Origin: a virus
Lineage: Duplodnaviria > Caudoviricetes
Reading direction: 5' to 3' (one strand)
Virus record (IMG/VR): IMGVR_UViG_3300042890_000620
Location: 1-53,643 of that record
DNA: 53,643 nt
The notes below the pieces were generated by a model. That model was not told where the DNA came from, did not search any database, and saw only the letters and a list, made by a program, of their open reading frames with translations. The translations under genes and the position numbers were made by a program. Below are positions 1 to 8,402 of the stretch, piece by piece (the first letter of the stretch is position 1; the number at the start of each line of letters is the position of its first letter).

Positions 1-187
1 TCTGAGTTTTTAACATTACTTCCATTTTATCTTGCTGCTCTTTCAGTTCTTTTTGCTTTATTTCAAATTGTTCGGTTTGTCTTTCTATGTACTTATATTG
101 AAACATTAATATCAAACCAAGCATCATGGGAAGTAAACCTTTCTTTTTTAGTGTTTCAAATATACTCCCATAGTCAGTTGGTATCAT
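1..187 (-). CDS. Holin-like membrane protein, one TM segment plus coiled coil (partial, runs off the window start)
   Basis: Hand-translated from ATG at 187: MIPTDYGVYFETLKKKGLLPMMLGLILMFQYKYIERQ...; open to position 1; aligns by eye with the 78-aa ORF at 39831-40067. Confidence 0.6.
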   Translation of the reverse strand, partial: MIPTDYGSIFETLKKKGLLPMMLGLILMFQYKYIERQTEQFEIKQKELKEQQDKMEVMLKTQ

Positions 188-267
188 CTCTCTCGTTATA
201 TTTGCGGTCTAATTTTAACACTAACAATATTATTTGAACTAACTTTCTGAACTTTACTTTTTGACGT

Positions 268-798
268 TTAATCCAATTCACGTTCATCTATCAACTCCTT
301 TGCTTTAATAGGGGTGTCATATAAACTCTCCAATCCCATATCTTCAATTTGTTTGATAAACTCATTTGGTAAAATATTGTAATAGTTAGGCATACCCATT
401 ACCCAAGCCAAATATTCATAACAATAAAATTTTTTGGCTGCCTTCCTCTCAACGGTATATCCATAATATTTGCCGGTTAAACTCCTTACAAGTCCAAACC
501 ATAGTAATGATGCAAAATCATACTTTGTAACACCTACTTTGCCCCAAGCTTTGTTTATTTCTGCCTGTCCATAATCAAAATCATAAATGGCGATTGTTTG
601 TTCTTTTGCCCAATCTTTAAAAGGAATTGCAACCACACCATTGATGTCTGATTCTAAGATGAATCTTTGTCCACCCGGTGCATAAGTTAAAAAAGATGCG
701 TGATTCCAATATGTCTTGGTAATCTTTCTTATCAGGAAGCCAACTAAAGAGAGTGGTCGTTTCCAACTAAACGGACTATGTACTAATACTATTTGCAT
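268..798 (-). CDS. Permuted papain-like amidase (YaeF/YiiX, peptidase C92-like)
   Basis: WNHA histidine motif comes before KYDF and FYCYE cysteine motif, the permuted NlpC/P60 order. Confidence 0.75.
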   Translation of the reverse strand: MQIVLVHSPFSWKRPLSLVGFLIRKITKTYWNHASFLTYAPGGQRFILESDINGVVAIPFKDWAKEQTIAIYDFDYGQAEINKAWGKVGVTKYDFASLLWFGLVRSLTGKYYGYTVERKAAKKFYCYEYLAWVMGMPNYYNILPNEFIKQIEDMGLESLYDTPIKAKELIDERELD

Positions 799-803
799 GA
801 CAA

Positions 804-811
804 CAAAATTA
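804..811 (-). promoter_or_regulatory. Bacteroidota -7 promoter element TAATTTTG
   Basis: Matches TAnnTTTG directly upstream of the ATG at 798. Confidence 0.5.
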
Positions 812-831
812 AGTAATTTTTTATTAGGTTG

Positions 832-1308
832 TTATAAGATAATTACATTGCCAATATTTACTTGTTCTGCTACATAGTCCCATAAAGGCATTAATGCTCG
901 TTTTAAATCTTCGTAATTACCTGAGTCTAACTCTGCCCTAAATTCACTCCACATAAAATAGGCAAGATTTACTACCTTATCATTATTGTGATTTTCTAAA
1001 GGTATTTCAAACCCGCTTAATACAAACTTATCCTCGGGAAATGCCCATTGGTAAATTTCAGGTATTACTACGGCATAAGGACTTAATGGAGGTGGTGTGT
1101 AATCTATTTCAAATGCACTTGCATCTAAATCTACAACTTCATAAGTTAAGGTTTCAAATATCTCAGGAAACTCTAATAATGCGTTTTCACTTGTCGCAAA
1201 TTTACCGATGTGTTCTCCTGATTTTATAGGTGTAGCAAAAAAAGTATTAACCCCTTTTTGAAATCCGTTGTATTGATTTGTGTTTATTATTATCATATTT
1301 TTAAACAT
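832..1308 (-). CDS. Fibre partner protein (putative chaperone or adaptor), copy 1
   Basis: Follows a fibre gene. C-terminal half (TPPPLSPYAVVIPEIYQWAFP...LWDYVAEQV) is shared with 2458-2928 and 40487-40951. True start may be the ATG at 1296. Confidence 0.6.
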   Translation of the reverse strand: MFKNMIIINTNQYNGFQKGVNTFFATPIKSGEHIGKFATSENALLEFPEIFETLTYEVVDLDASAFEIDYTPPPLSPYAVVIPEIYQWAFPEDKFVLSGFEIPLENHNNDKVVNLAYFMWSEFRAELDSGNYEDLKRALMPLWDYVAEQVNIGNVIIL

Positions 1309-2461
1309 TACGAGATAATGCGGTTTGAAAGGTTTGTACGGCAGTATAATGGTCAGCCTCTTGTGTCATATTAAATAGTTTCATAGTTGCACAATATGCG
1401 TAGTTTCGTGCAACTCTGCCTGTCAATCCTGCTGAGTTGTCAAAATAAACTCCTCCCAATGCTATCGCTGCGGTTTGTCTGAAAGCACTTAAAGAAATTG
1501 CAGAAGAAACTCCGCCTGTTATGAGCGACCCATTTCTTGATATTCCTCCATTTGCCCCATTTTTAACAATAGTAAATAAACCTAAAGTACTTCCTGTGTA
1601 ACCACCATTGTTATAGTATATATTACTTGTGCCTCCTACTGTTGCAATATGTGAATTGGAACTATCTCTTAAACTTAAAGCATTGTATTGAGCATATCCT
1701 CCATTTGTAGACCCCATATCAAATGATACGGCATTACCTGCGCCACTTGCCCCATCTGTTCTTGAGTAGCAACTCATACCAAATTGGTCGTTACTTGTTT
1801 GATACGAAAATGGATTAATAGGTATTATCATTGCATTACTTGACCCATTGGTTGTTATACCATTTGCATTATGTGTTGGACTCCCTTCAAAATATGCTAA
1901 ATTGCTATATCTATTTCTAAATGGATATTTCAAATTTACTGCGTGGTCATTTGCAGTCCCATTAACTAAAGGATGTATTGTATGAAATTTATCCCATAAT
2001 CCTGCTGCATTTAAGTCATCAACTAAATCTATAATTGCATTTTGTATTGTAGAACTTGGTGCAGTTAATTGGTTTAAAAATATATCTGCAAAGTCAAAAG
2101 GGGTTAAAGTTCTTAAATCCCATGTTGCATTTGCACTTACTTGTTTTGTTGGAAATGCGTTCCCAAATCTATCAACTAAATCTAAATCATAAGAACCACC
2201 ACCACTTGGCACTTCAATAGTTAAAGTATTACCAACTAATCCTACTGAGGTAGGTGTAACGGGCGCACCTAAACTATCTTCTAAGTTTACATCAATAGTC
2301 TTTACACTTACAACATCTCCGCTATCAACACTATTTACATTTATTTGACTATCGGGTAAAGTAAGTAATCCGTTAGCTGCAACTGTATTTGTATAAGAAA
2401 CATCGCTATTTTCTACTGTTGCATCTGGGCATGGGTTTATCTTTATTCTAAAATCGGTCAT
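1301..2461 (-). CDS. Putative fibre / receptor-binding protein with a beta-rich, lectin-like C-terminal head
   Basis: N-terminal VENSD..Y..V...G.L.LP module shared with other fibre genes; Gly/Ser/Asn-rich C-terminal domain homologous to 40948-42057. Confidence 0.65.
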   Translation of the reverse strand: MTDFRIKINPCPDATVENSDVSYTNTVAANGLLTLPDSQINVNSVDSGDVVSVKTIDVNLEDSLGAPVTPTSVGLVGNTLTIEVPSGGGSYDLDLVDRFGNAFPTKQVSANATWDLRTLTPFDFADIFLNQLTAPSSTIQNAIIDLVDDLNAAGLWDKFHTIHPLVNGTANDHAVNLKYPFRNRYSNLAYFEGSPTHNANGITTNGSSNAMIIPINPFSYQTSNDQFGMSCYSRTDGASGAGNAVSFDMGSTNGGYAQYNALSLRDSSNSHIATVGGTSNIYYNNGGYTGSTLGLFTIVKNGANGGISRNGSLITGGVSSAISLSAFRQTAAIALGGVYFDNSAGLTGRVARNYAYCATMKLFNMTQEADHYTAVQTFQTALSRNV

Positions 2462-2928
2462 ACTAATACTAAATTATTGTTTGTTACTTGTTCTGCTACA
2501 TAGTCCCACAATGACATCAAACTTCTTTTCAATGCCTCATAGTTTCCACTATCTAACTCTGCCCTAAATTCACTCCACATAAAATAAGCAAGATTTACTA
2601 CCTTATCATTATTGTGAGTGTCTAATGGGATTTCAAAACCGCTTAAAACGAACTTATTTTCAGGGAATGCCCATTGATAAATTTCAGGAATAACTACGGC
2701 ATAAGGACTTAATGGTGGTGGTGTAAAATAATTTAAATCCTCAATGTTTAAACTTTCTAAAGTAACATCATCAAATACACTTTCTAAATCTGTATTTGTG
2801 CTGACTTTTTCCCAATTATTTTTAAAGTCAAAGTACCCTAATTGTCTGCCAACATCTAAGTTGTTTTGTTTAAAGTAATAGTCAACATATACTTTAAAAT
2901 CTTGTTTATTGAAATTACCTATTATCAT
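2458..2928 (-). CDS. Fibre partner protein, copy 2 (different N-terminal half)
   Basis: Same conserved C-terminal ~85 aa as 832-1308, unrelated N-terminus. Confidence 0.6.
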   Translation of the reverse strand: MIIGNFNKQDFKVYVDYYFKQNNLDVGRQLGYFDFKNNWEKVSTNTDLESVFDDVTLESLNIEDLNYFTPPPLSPYAVVIPEIYQWAFPENKFVLSGFEIPLDTHNNDKVVNLAYFMWSEFRAELDSGNYEALKRSLMSLWDYVAEQVTNNNLVLV

Positions 2929-4001
2929 GGTGCGGTTATTAAATTTTTTGCATCGTGTACATAAATTGCTGATATACCAAAAGTTTTGTCAATCGCAGTG
3001 TAATTGCGAGATGAAAATACAACGTGCCACATTTGAGCAGTATTTGCAGGATTAGTAGTTGCTGTGTATACGTTGCCTGAGAATATAAATAATTGTGCAG
3101 ACAAATCTATTAATTGTGCAAACCCAACACTCGCCTCCATTCTTGTTGTTGGTAGTATGTCATTTAATCCTACACAATACCAATCTGCAAATGTTATTGA
3201 ATTTACAGTTACAGAAAATGTCAAAGCATCATCTATTGCGGCATTCCAATTAGCTTTATTAATTGTGCTTCTTGTAAATGCAACACCTTGAAGTTTATCA
3301 ATAACAACACTTGCACCCCCTGCTATTTTAGCACCAAAAGCATCTACAAATCTATTTGTGCTACTTACTCCATTTACTATTAAAGCACTTGATAGTGTAT
3401 CTGCCCAATTAGTAATTGTATAATCTAATTCAGCCACTACTTTAGGCATTGCAGGAGGTGTATAATCATACCAACCATTTTGAACTCTCCACCCTTCATC
3501 TCCTGTTCTGTATGATGTACGCTGTATAGGGATTGGAAACTGAAATTGTACACCGCTTGGACTTGACCCCGCAGGGACAACAATATCAATCGTTCTACCC
3601 GATACACTAAATGATGTTGGCGCTACATTTGTAGTCACATTAATAGTTCCTACACTCGGTATAAACCCACTTGCAACCCCGTTGTTTTGGATTGATTGGT
3701 CGGGTAGTATCAAAGTTCCTCCACTTACAACTGTTGTAGCATAAGAGGCATCGCTATTTTCAACATCTGCAACCGGGCAATATTGGAATACATCTACTAA
3801 GTGGTCTTTTACGCTTGGTATAACATCCGTATCTATAACAACATCAAATTGGTCTAATATCTCTATGGTCACATCTGGTAAAACCAAACTATCCCCAGAC
3901 GAAACATCCACACTATAACTTGCATCGCTATTCTCTACGGAAGCATCTGCACAAGTAGGATTTTCTACAACTATTGTTAATTTATTATTTGGTAAACTCA
4001 T
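2925..4001 (-). CDS. Putative fibre / receptor-binding protein with a DUF1566 (Lcl, C-type lectin-like) C-terminal domain
   Basis: Two VENSDASY modules, then NWNAAIDDA...FADW...NDIL...YTATT...MWHVVF...IYV, which resembles the DUF1566 pattern. Confidence 0.6.
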   Translation of the reverse strand: MSLPNNKLTIVVENPTCADASVENSDASYSVDVSSGDSLVLPDVTIEILDQFDVVIDTDVIPSVKDHLVDVFQYCPVADVENSDASYATTVVSGGTLILPDQSIQNNGVASGFIPSVGTINVTTNVAPTSFSVSGRTIDIVVPAGSSPSGVQFQFPIPIQRTSYRTGDEGWRVQNGWYDYTPPAMPKVVAELDYTITNWADTLSSALIVNGVSSTNRFVDAFGAKIAGGASVVIDKLQGVAFTRSTINKANWNAAIDDALTFSVTVNSITFADWYCVGLNDILPTTRMEASVGFAQLIDLSAQLFIFSGNVYTATTNPANTAQMWHVVFSSRNYTAIDKTFGISAIYVHDAKNLITAP

Positions 4002-4767
4002 CCCAATTACTATTTTTATATTTATATAAAATTACATTCTTCCAAACACCACTTTTATAAACTCTTAATCGATAAAGATTAAAACTTGGACTTACATAAT
4101 GGTAAACTGCTAAGAAGTTCGTTTTCAAAGATACATTTTTACCTATTAGGTTGTATGCACCTTTGTTGGCAGTTAAAGTATAAAATACTGGTAGGGTTGT
4201 TAAAATTAAATTTGCATCCTTACCACTTAATGTATAAGTCCCTTTACTTGCACTTAATGTTTTACTTATTCTAAAATCAACATCTTTCCCCGAAAGTGTA
4301 AAGTTTCCCTTACTCGCAGATATTGAATAACTAATCGCACCTGTTGAAAATACTAAGTTAGCATCTTTCCCCGAAAGTGTAAAATCCCCTTTATTTGCAG
4401 ATAATGTTCTACCTACTTTAAAGTCTGCGTTTTTCCCTGATAATGTATAAACGCCTTTCTCACTTGATAAAGTTCTGCCTACTTTAAATTCAGCAGCCTT
4501 GCCCGAAAGTGTAAAATTTCCTTTTTCACTTGCAATACTTTTACCTACTTTAAAGTTAGCATCTTTACCACTTAAACTATAAGTACCTTTACTTGCAGTT
4601 ATTGAGTAACTAACTGAACCTGCCGAAAATGTTAATGAAGCATCCTTGCCTGTTAAGGTATAATCTCCCTTACTTAAAGATAAATTATAAGAAGTTGAGC
4701 CTGAACCTACTATTGGTAGTAGTTCTAATTCAATCTGCGCCCCATCAAATAATCTTCTTGTTGCCAT
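3985..4767 (-). CDS. Virion repeat protein with 8 KGx(Y/F)xLxGKx(A/V) units
   Basis: Tandem 21-27 aa repeats visible in the translation; lies in the appendage gene cluster. Confidence 0.7.
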   Translation of the reverse strand: MATRRLFDGAQIELELLPIVGSGSTSYNLSLSKGDYTLTGKDASLTFSAGSVSYSITASKGTYSLSGKDANFKVGKSIASEKGNFTLSGKAAEFKVGRTLSSEKGVYTLSGKNADFKVGRTLSANKGDFTLSGKDANLVFSTGAISYSISASKGNFTLSGKDVDFRISKTLSASKGTYTLSGKDANLILTTLPVFYTLTANKGAYNLIGKNVSLKTNFLAVYHYVSPSFNLYRLRVYKSGVWKNVILYKYKNSNWDEFTK

Positions 4768-4768
4768 T

Positions 4769-5578
4769 TTATACTTCTGATAATATTAATGCACCTGTTA
4801 GTGATGTTGATACTGCAGAAAATACACTAATTGCAAGGCAAGCATCAGGGTCTATTTCTGCCAAAGAACCGATAATGCAACCTGTACTAACTGAATCTAA
4901 TGGCATTGCACCTGTTGCATTTTCCAATGAAATCATTGCTAAAGGCTTGAACATACACACCCCAAAATTGCCTGCCGTTCCTGTGGTGGCAGTAACGGTT
5001 ACTGATTCAATACTTTCCACACCTGTATCACCTGCTTGTAATGGTATTGGAATTAACAATCCTACTTCTCTATAAAAACCTGCACCAATTGTTGTGGCAG
5101 TAGATGTTCTACCACTCACACCCGCTGAATTTGTGTAGCTTATTGTTACCGTTGTAACTGTGTTTCCTACTTGTGTATAAACTACTATCCCTGCCATAAC
5201 TCCCTCACCCGATGTATATCTTGTTAATGGTGCGGTTGGTAAGTTGGTTGTTTGAGCTGTTGTTAAAGTAGCATTCAGTCCTCCGCTAACATTTAACAAA
5301 TCAACTAAAAGCATACCGCCTGCGCCAAATGTTGAAGTATTAAATTTACCGCCCAAAAATGTAAGTCGCCCTGTTGATATGTCAGGGATAGGTCCCATTG
5401 ATTGTGCAGAATCCTTATTAAGAGCAACGCTTGTAGTAGGTACGGCAGGTGCAGGATTAAAAGATTGCCAACTTGCGTTCAATCGCAAAGTTCTAGCGAT
5501 TGATGTGGATAGCTGAAAATCTGCAACACGATTTTCTTTTAGCTTTTCTACATATTCATCAAAGTCTGTTAGTGCCAT
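4769..5578 (-). CDS. Putative virion structural protein (paralogue of 5578-6426)
   Basis: Thr/Gly/Ala-rich; shares YTNxAG..RTST..IPLxAGDxG...TATTGTAGNFG with its neighbour. Confidence 0.65.
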   Translation of the reverse strand: MALTDFDEYVEKLKENRVADFQLSTSIARTLRLNASWQSFNPAPAVPTTSVALNKDSAQSMGPIPDISTGRLTFLGGKFNTSTFGAGGMLLVDLLNVSGGLNATLTTAQTTNLPTAPLTRYTSGEGVMAGIVVYTQVGNTVTTVTISYTNSAGVSGRTSTATTIGAGFYREVGLLIPIPLQAGDTGVESIESVTVTATTGTAGNFGVCMFKPLAMISLENATGAMPLDSVSTGCIIGSLAEIDPDACLAISVFSAVSTSLTGALILSEV

Positions 5579-6426
5579 TATTTTTCAATTGTTGCTAATG
5601 AACCAAATAATTCAGGTGCAGTTGCAGCACTTGGAATAAACATTAGTGCTAAACAAGCATTAGGGTCAATAACGGGTATGCCGGGCAATCCTGTTGTGTA
5701 ATCTCTCCACCCCATTGTACCACCTGCACCTACAGGAATCCAAGCCAAAGGTTGAGCAATGGTTATACCAAAGTTACCTGCAGTTCCCGTAGTAGCAGTT
5801 AATTGTATTTGCTCTATTGCTTGTATTCCACTATCACCCGCTGCTAAAGGTATTCTCTGCATTCTTGATACTTCACGAAAACCCGTTGCACCTATGTTAA
5901 TAGTTGAAGTTCTTGAACCTGTCCCTGCTTGGTTTGTGTAGGTCATTGTAAGGGTTGTAGATGTTGTTCCTATTATTGTATATATTTCATAGAATGCTAT
6001 GTTACCTGCACCTCCCGTATTCCTTGTTAATGCAGGACTTGGAGTTGACCCTTGTATTGTTTGTGCAGATGTTAAAGTTGCATTTAACCCACCCTCGTGA
6101 AATAACCTATCGTACAATAAATACACGCCTGCAACTAATGGTGTAATACTTGCACCTATTAAGTGCTTATCTCTACCACCACCTGCGGCAGTAAATGGTA
6201 TTGCTCCATTAGTTGATTTAGTAGGTATTTCCCCCACTGTTGGGACTGCACCCTTTGCAGGCATTCCGTCATACTCCCACAAAGAACATCCTCTACCTGA
6301 TATTGGTGCGGTTGCTGCAACCCCTGCGACTCTTGGCACTTTGTGAAAAAAAATATTTTCAGGTGTACCACTATTGCCGCCTGTTTGTCTGTTAATTAAA
6401 TCTGATAAGTCTGTTATTGCTGCCAT
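5578..6426 (-). CDS. Putative virion structural protein (paralogue of 4769-5578)
   Basis: Same shared motifs; TAATG translational coupling to the next gene. Confidence 0.65.
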   Translation of the reverse strand: MAAITDLSDLINRQTGGNSGTPENIFFHKVPRVAGVAATAPISGRGCSLWEYDGMPAKGAVPTVGEIPTKSTNGAIPFTAAGGGRDKHLIGASITPLVAGVYLLYDRLFHEGGLNATLTSAQTIQGSTPSPALTRNTGGAGNIAFYEIYTIIGTTSTTLTMTYTNQAGTGSRTSTINIGATGFREVSRMQRIPLAAGDSGIQAIEQIQLTATTGTAGNFGITIAQPLAWIPVGAGGTMGWRDYTTGLPGIPVIDPNACLALMFIPSAATAPELFGSLATIEK

Positions 6427-6620
6427 ATTATTTCATTTTGTATTGCGTGTTCTTTTGCCTCTATGATTAGGTTAGCTAAATTGTCAAGATTAACTCCTGA
6501 TTGATATACCAATCCACCTACTTGTGGAAGTATCTCAAAACTTTCGTTGCTAATTTGCAAACCCCAATCTCCCCCATCTGATAAATAAAGGATTGATTGT
6601 GTTTTCTGAATTACTTGCAT
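6414..6620 (-). CDS. Small hypothetical protein of the appendage module
   Basis: Fills the gap in the operon; identical copy at 44389-44595. Confidence 0.65.
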   Translation of the reverse strand: MQVIQKTQSILYLSDGGDWGLQISNESFEILPQVGGLVYQSGVNLDNLANLIIEAKEHAIQNEIIWQQ

Positions 6621-6624
6621 AGTA

Positions 6625-7041
6625 TTATACTATTTCTATTAATTTTTGAGCATCGGTAAAGTCTATTGTAAATGTATCTCCATTTGCCATTGTAACCCCA
6701 CCTACACCATAGTCATACCATCCTATCAATGGGTCAGCAGGTGATGTTGGAGTGTCATTGTAAATAACTACATATCTAAAGCTAGGAATTGCACCACTTG
6801 CAGTTAATGTCAAATCTACTAAAACAAGCGAATATGTACCACTTGTTTGCGTACTTGATGTAGTCGTGATGTTTCTTGTAGATAACCCTGTGTAAGAAAT
6901 TTCAGTGATTGCTGAAAGGGTTGCATTACTTGCGCTTGGTGCAGTATTTGTTAATGCTACTACTAATTGATTTGAACCGAGATTGTGAACTCCGTTTGCT
7001 AAGTCCGCCACAAAGGCGTTGAATTTGTTGAATGTTGCCAT
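6625..7041 (-). CDS. Putative virion structural protein
   Basis: Thr/Ser-rich beta-type protein ending LIGWYDYG...GDTFTIDF; near-identical copy at 44600-45016. Confidence 0.65.
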   Translation of the reverse strand: MATFNKFNAFVADLANGVHNLGSNQLVVALTNTAPSASNATLSAITEISYTGLSTRNITTTSSTQTSGTYSLVLVDLTLTASGAIPSFRYVVIYNDTPTSPADPLIGWYDYGVGGVTMANGDTFTIDFTDAQKLIEIV

Positions 7042-7068
7042 TTTTTATTTATTTATTTTTTTTATTTT

Positions 7069-8343
7069 TTAAATCGGTTGTAACCATATATCGTTTTCTG
7101 ATGGAGATAATGGTGCGGTTGAACTTATTGTTAATGTGATGCCTGTTCCAATTACTACGTTGGCATTTGAAAGGGCAGTTAAGTTAAGAGTATTCATAGA
7201 ATATGCCAAATAACTATCCGTTAAAATAACACTACCCAATGGGTCTTCTACTTCTACATTAAAATTATCTAAGGTTATATTTTTCGTTTCTTGTGCTAAT
7301 AAATTTACTGAGTCTAAGGTTACATTTGCAGTATCTTTTAAAACTGCTATTGAGTCTGAAATACTTATATTCTCAGTTGCCTCTGCTAAGATATTCTCAC
7401 TCTTTAAAGTGTTATTTGCTGAGTCCTTAATAACTGCTACACTATCATTAATAGTAATATTTTCACTTGCAGTTGCTAAGATGTTTTCGCTTTTTAAAGT
7501 TGTTCCTGCACTATCCTTAATGACCGCAACTGAGTCAGCAACATTATAACTATCCGTTCCTTGTGCTAAGATAGAACGACTACTTATTAAAGTAGATGCG
7601 CTATTGTTTACATTTAAAGTAGAATTGCTTATTGCTTGTGTTAAAGTTCCACCGCTTGGGATTGAACCTGTGTATAAGGTTGTACCTGTTGAATTGGTTA
7701 TTGTATAGGTAGAGTCAGCACAACTTCCACCCGTATTAACTATCCATTCGCCACCGATTAATGAGCCTACTAAAGCACCTAATTGGTCTTTAACTACGAC
7801 ATTAAAATTGGTATCACTTGGCGCATTGCCATAAACAACTGAATTGATTAGTATTCTCGCATCTTTACAAGGGTTGCTTGGACTTGGAATAGCTGAACTT
7901 AAAGGAATTGCACACGAATTGAAGTCGTAAAACTCCTCAATGCCGATGTCAACAAAGTGTCCCGTTACTTCATCGCCCCACTTCTCCCAAAATGGTGTAA
8001 TAGTATTTGAACTTGTAATAGAAAAACGCTCATTTGTGCCTAACTTCATCCAATATGCTAAGGTATCTAAGGCTATTAATTGAGTATCACTCTCTACTTC
8101 TAACTCATTGCCCTCAGATTTAAGCACTCTATCTGCTATAACTACTCTATAATTCCTTGTATAGCTTGTTCCTGATAGACTACCGCCTAAAGGATAGACA
8201 AGCATTAAGGGATAGATTAAGTTTTCGTAGGCTTGTTGTTCAAATTCCTGTGCATAAAGAAAAGAATGGATTTGATAGTGTCCACTTGCTAAGAGTTCAA
8301 ACTCACTTTTGATTTGATTTGCTGTCTTTTGCATTTGATTCAA
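7069..8343 (-). CDS. Tail terminator/neck-like protein fused to a repeat-rich fibre stalk
   Basis: N-terminal ~145 aa (YPLMLVYP...IADR...EVESDT) sits after the portal and adaptor genes. C-terminal DSxAVIKDSAGTTLKSExILAxxSENITI repeats are shared with 45043-46443. Confidence 0.6.
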   Translation of the reverse strand: MNQMQKTANQIKSEFELLASGHYQIHSFLYAQEFEQQAYENLIYPLMLVYPLGGSLSGTSYTRNYRVVIADRVLKSEGNELEVESDTQLIALDTLAYWMKLGTNERFSITSSNTITPFWEKWGDEVTGHFVDIGIEEFYDFNSCAIPLSSAIPSPSNPCKDARILINSVVYGNAPSDTNFNVVVKDQLGALVGSLIGGEWIVNTGGSCADSTYTITNSTGTTLYTGSIPSGGTLTQAISNSTLNVNNSASTLISSRSILAQGTDSYNVADSVAVIKDSAGTTLKSENILATASENITINDSVAVIKDSANNTLKSENILAEATENISISDSIAVLKDTANVTLDSVNLLAQETKNITLDNFNVEVEDPLGSVILTDSYLAYSMNTLNLTALSNANVVIGTGITLTISSTAPLSPSENDIWLQPI

Positions 8344-8402
8344 TTACTTTGATTAGGTTCTTTTTTTTAAATCCGTATTTCTTACAATCCTGCTCGGATA
8401 GT

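Larger units (their letters stand above)
3976..7272. repeat. Long direct repeat R, left copy
   Basis: Matches 42032-45246. Core 4370-6774 appears identical to 42345-44749 (offset 37,975; all six-frame ORF translations in the core are identical). Edges are diverged and include an 81-bp indel. Confidence 0.97.

Noticed and set aside
832-4001. Shufflon or DGR driving fibre variation
   Set aside because: All cassettes are in direct orientation. No invertase, reverse transcriptase or adenine-specific repeat pair was seen.
6159-6371. 70-aa minus-strand ORF (and its copy at 44134-44346)
   Set aside because: It lies wholly inside the 282-aa gene in another frame and has no independent support.
7290-7560. 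CRISPR-like array (also 4200-4680 and 45250-45700)
   Set aside because: These are degenerate in-frame coding repeats, not identical repeats with unique spacers.
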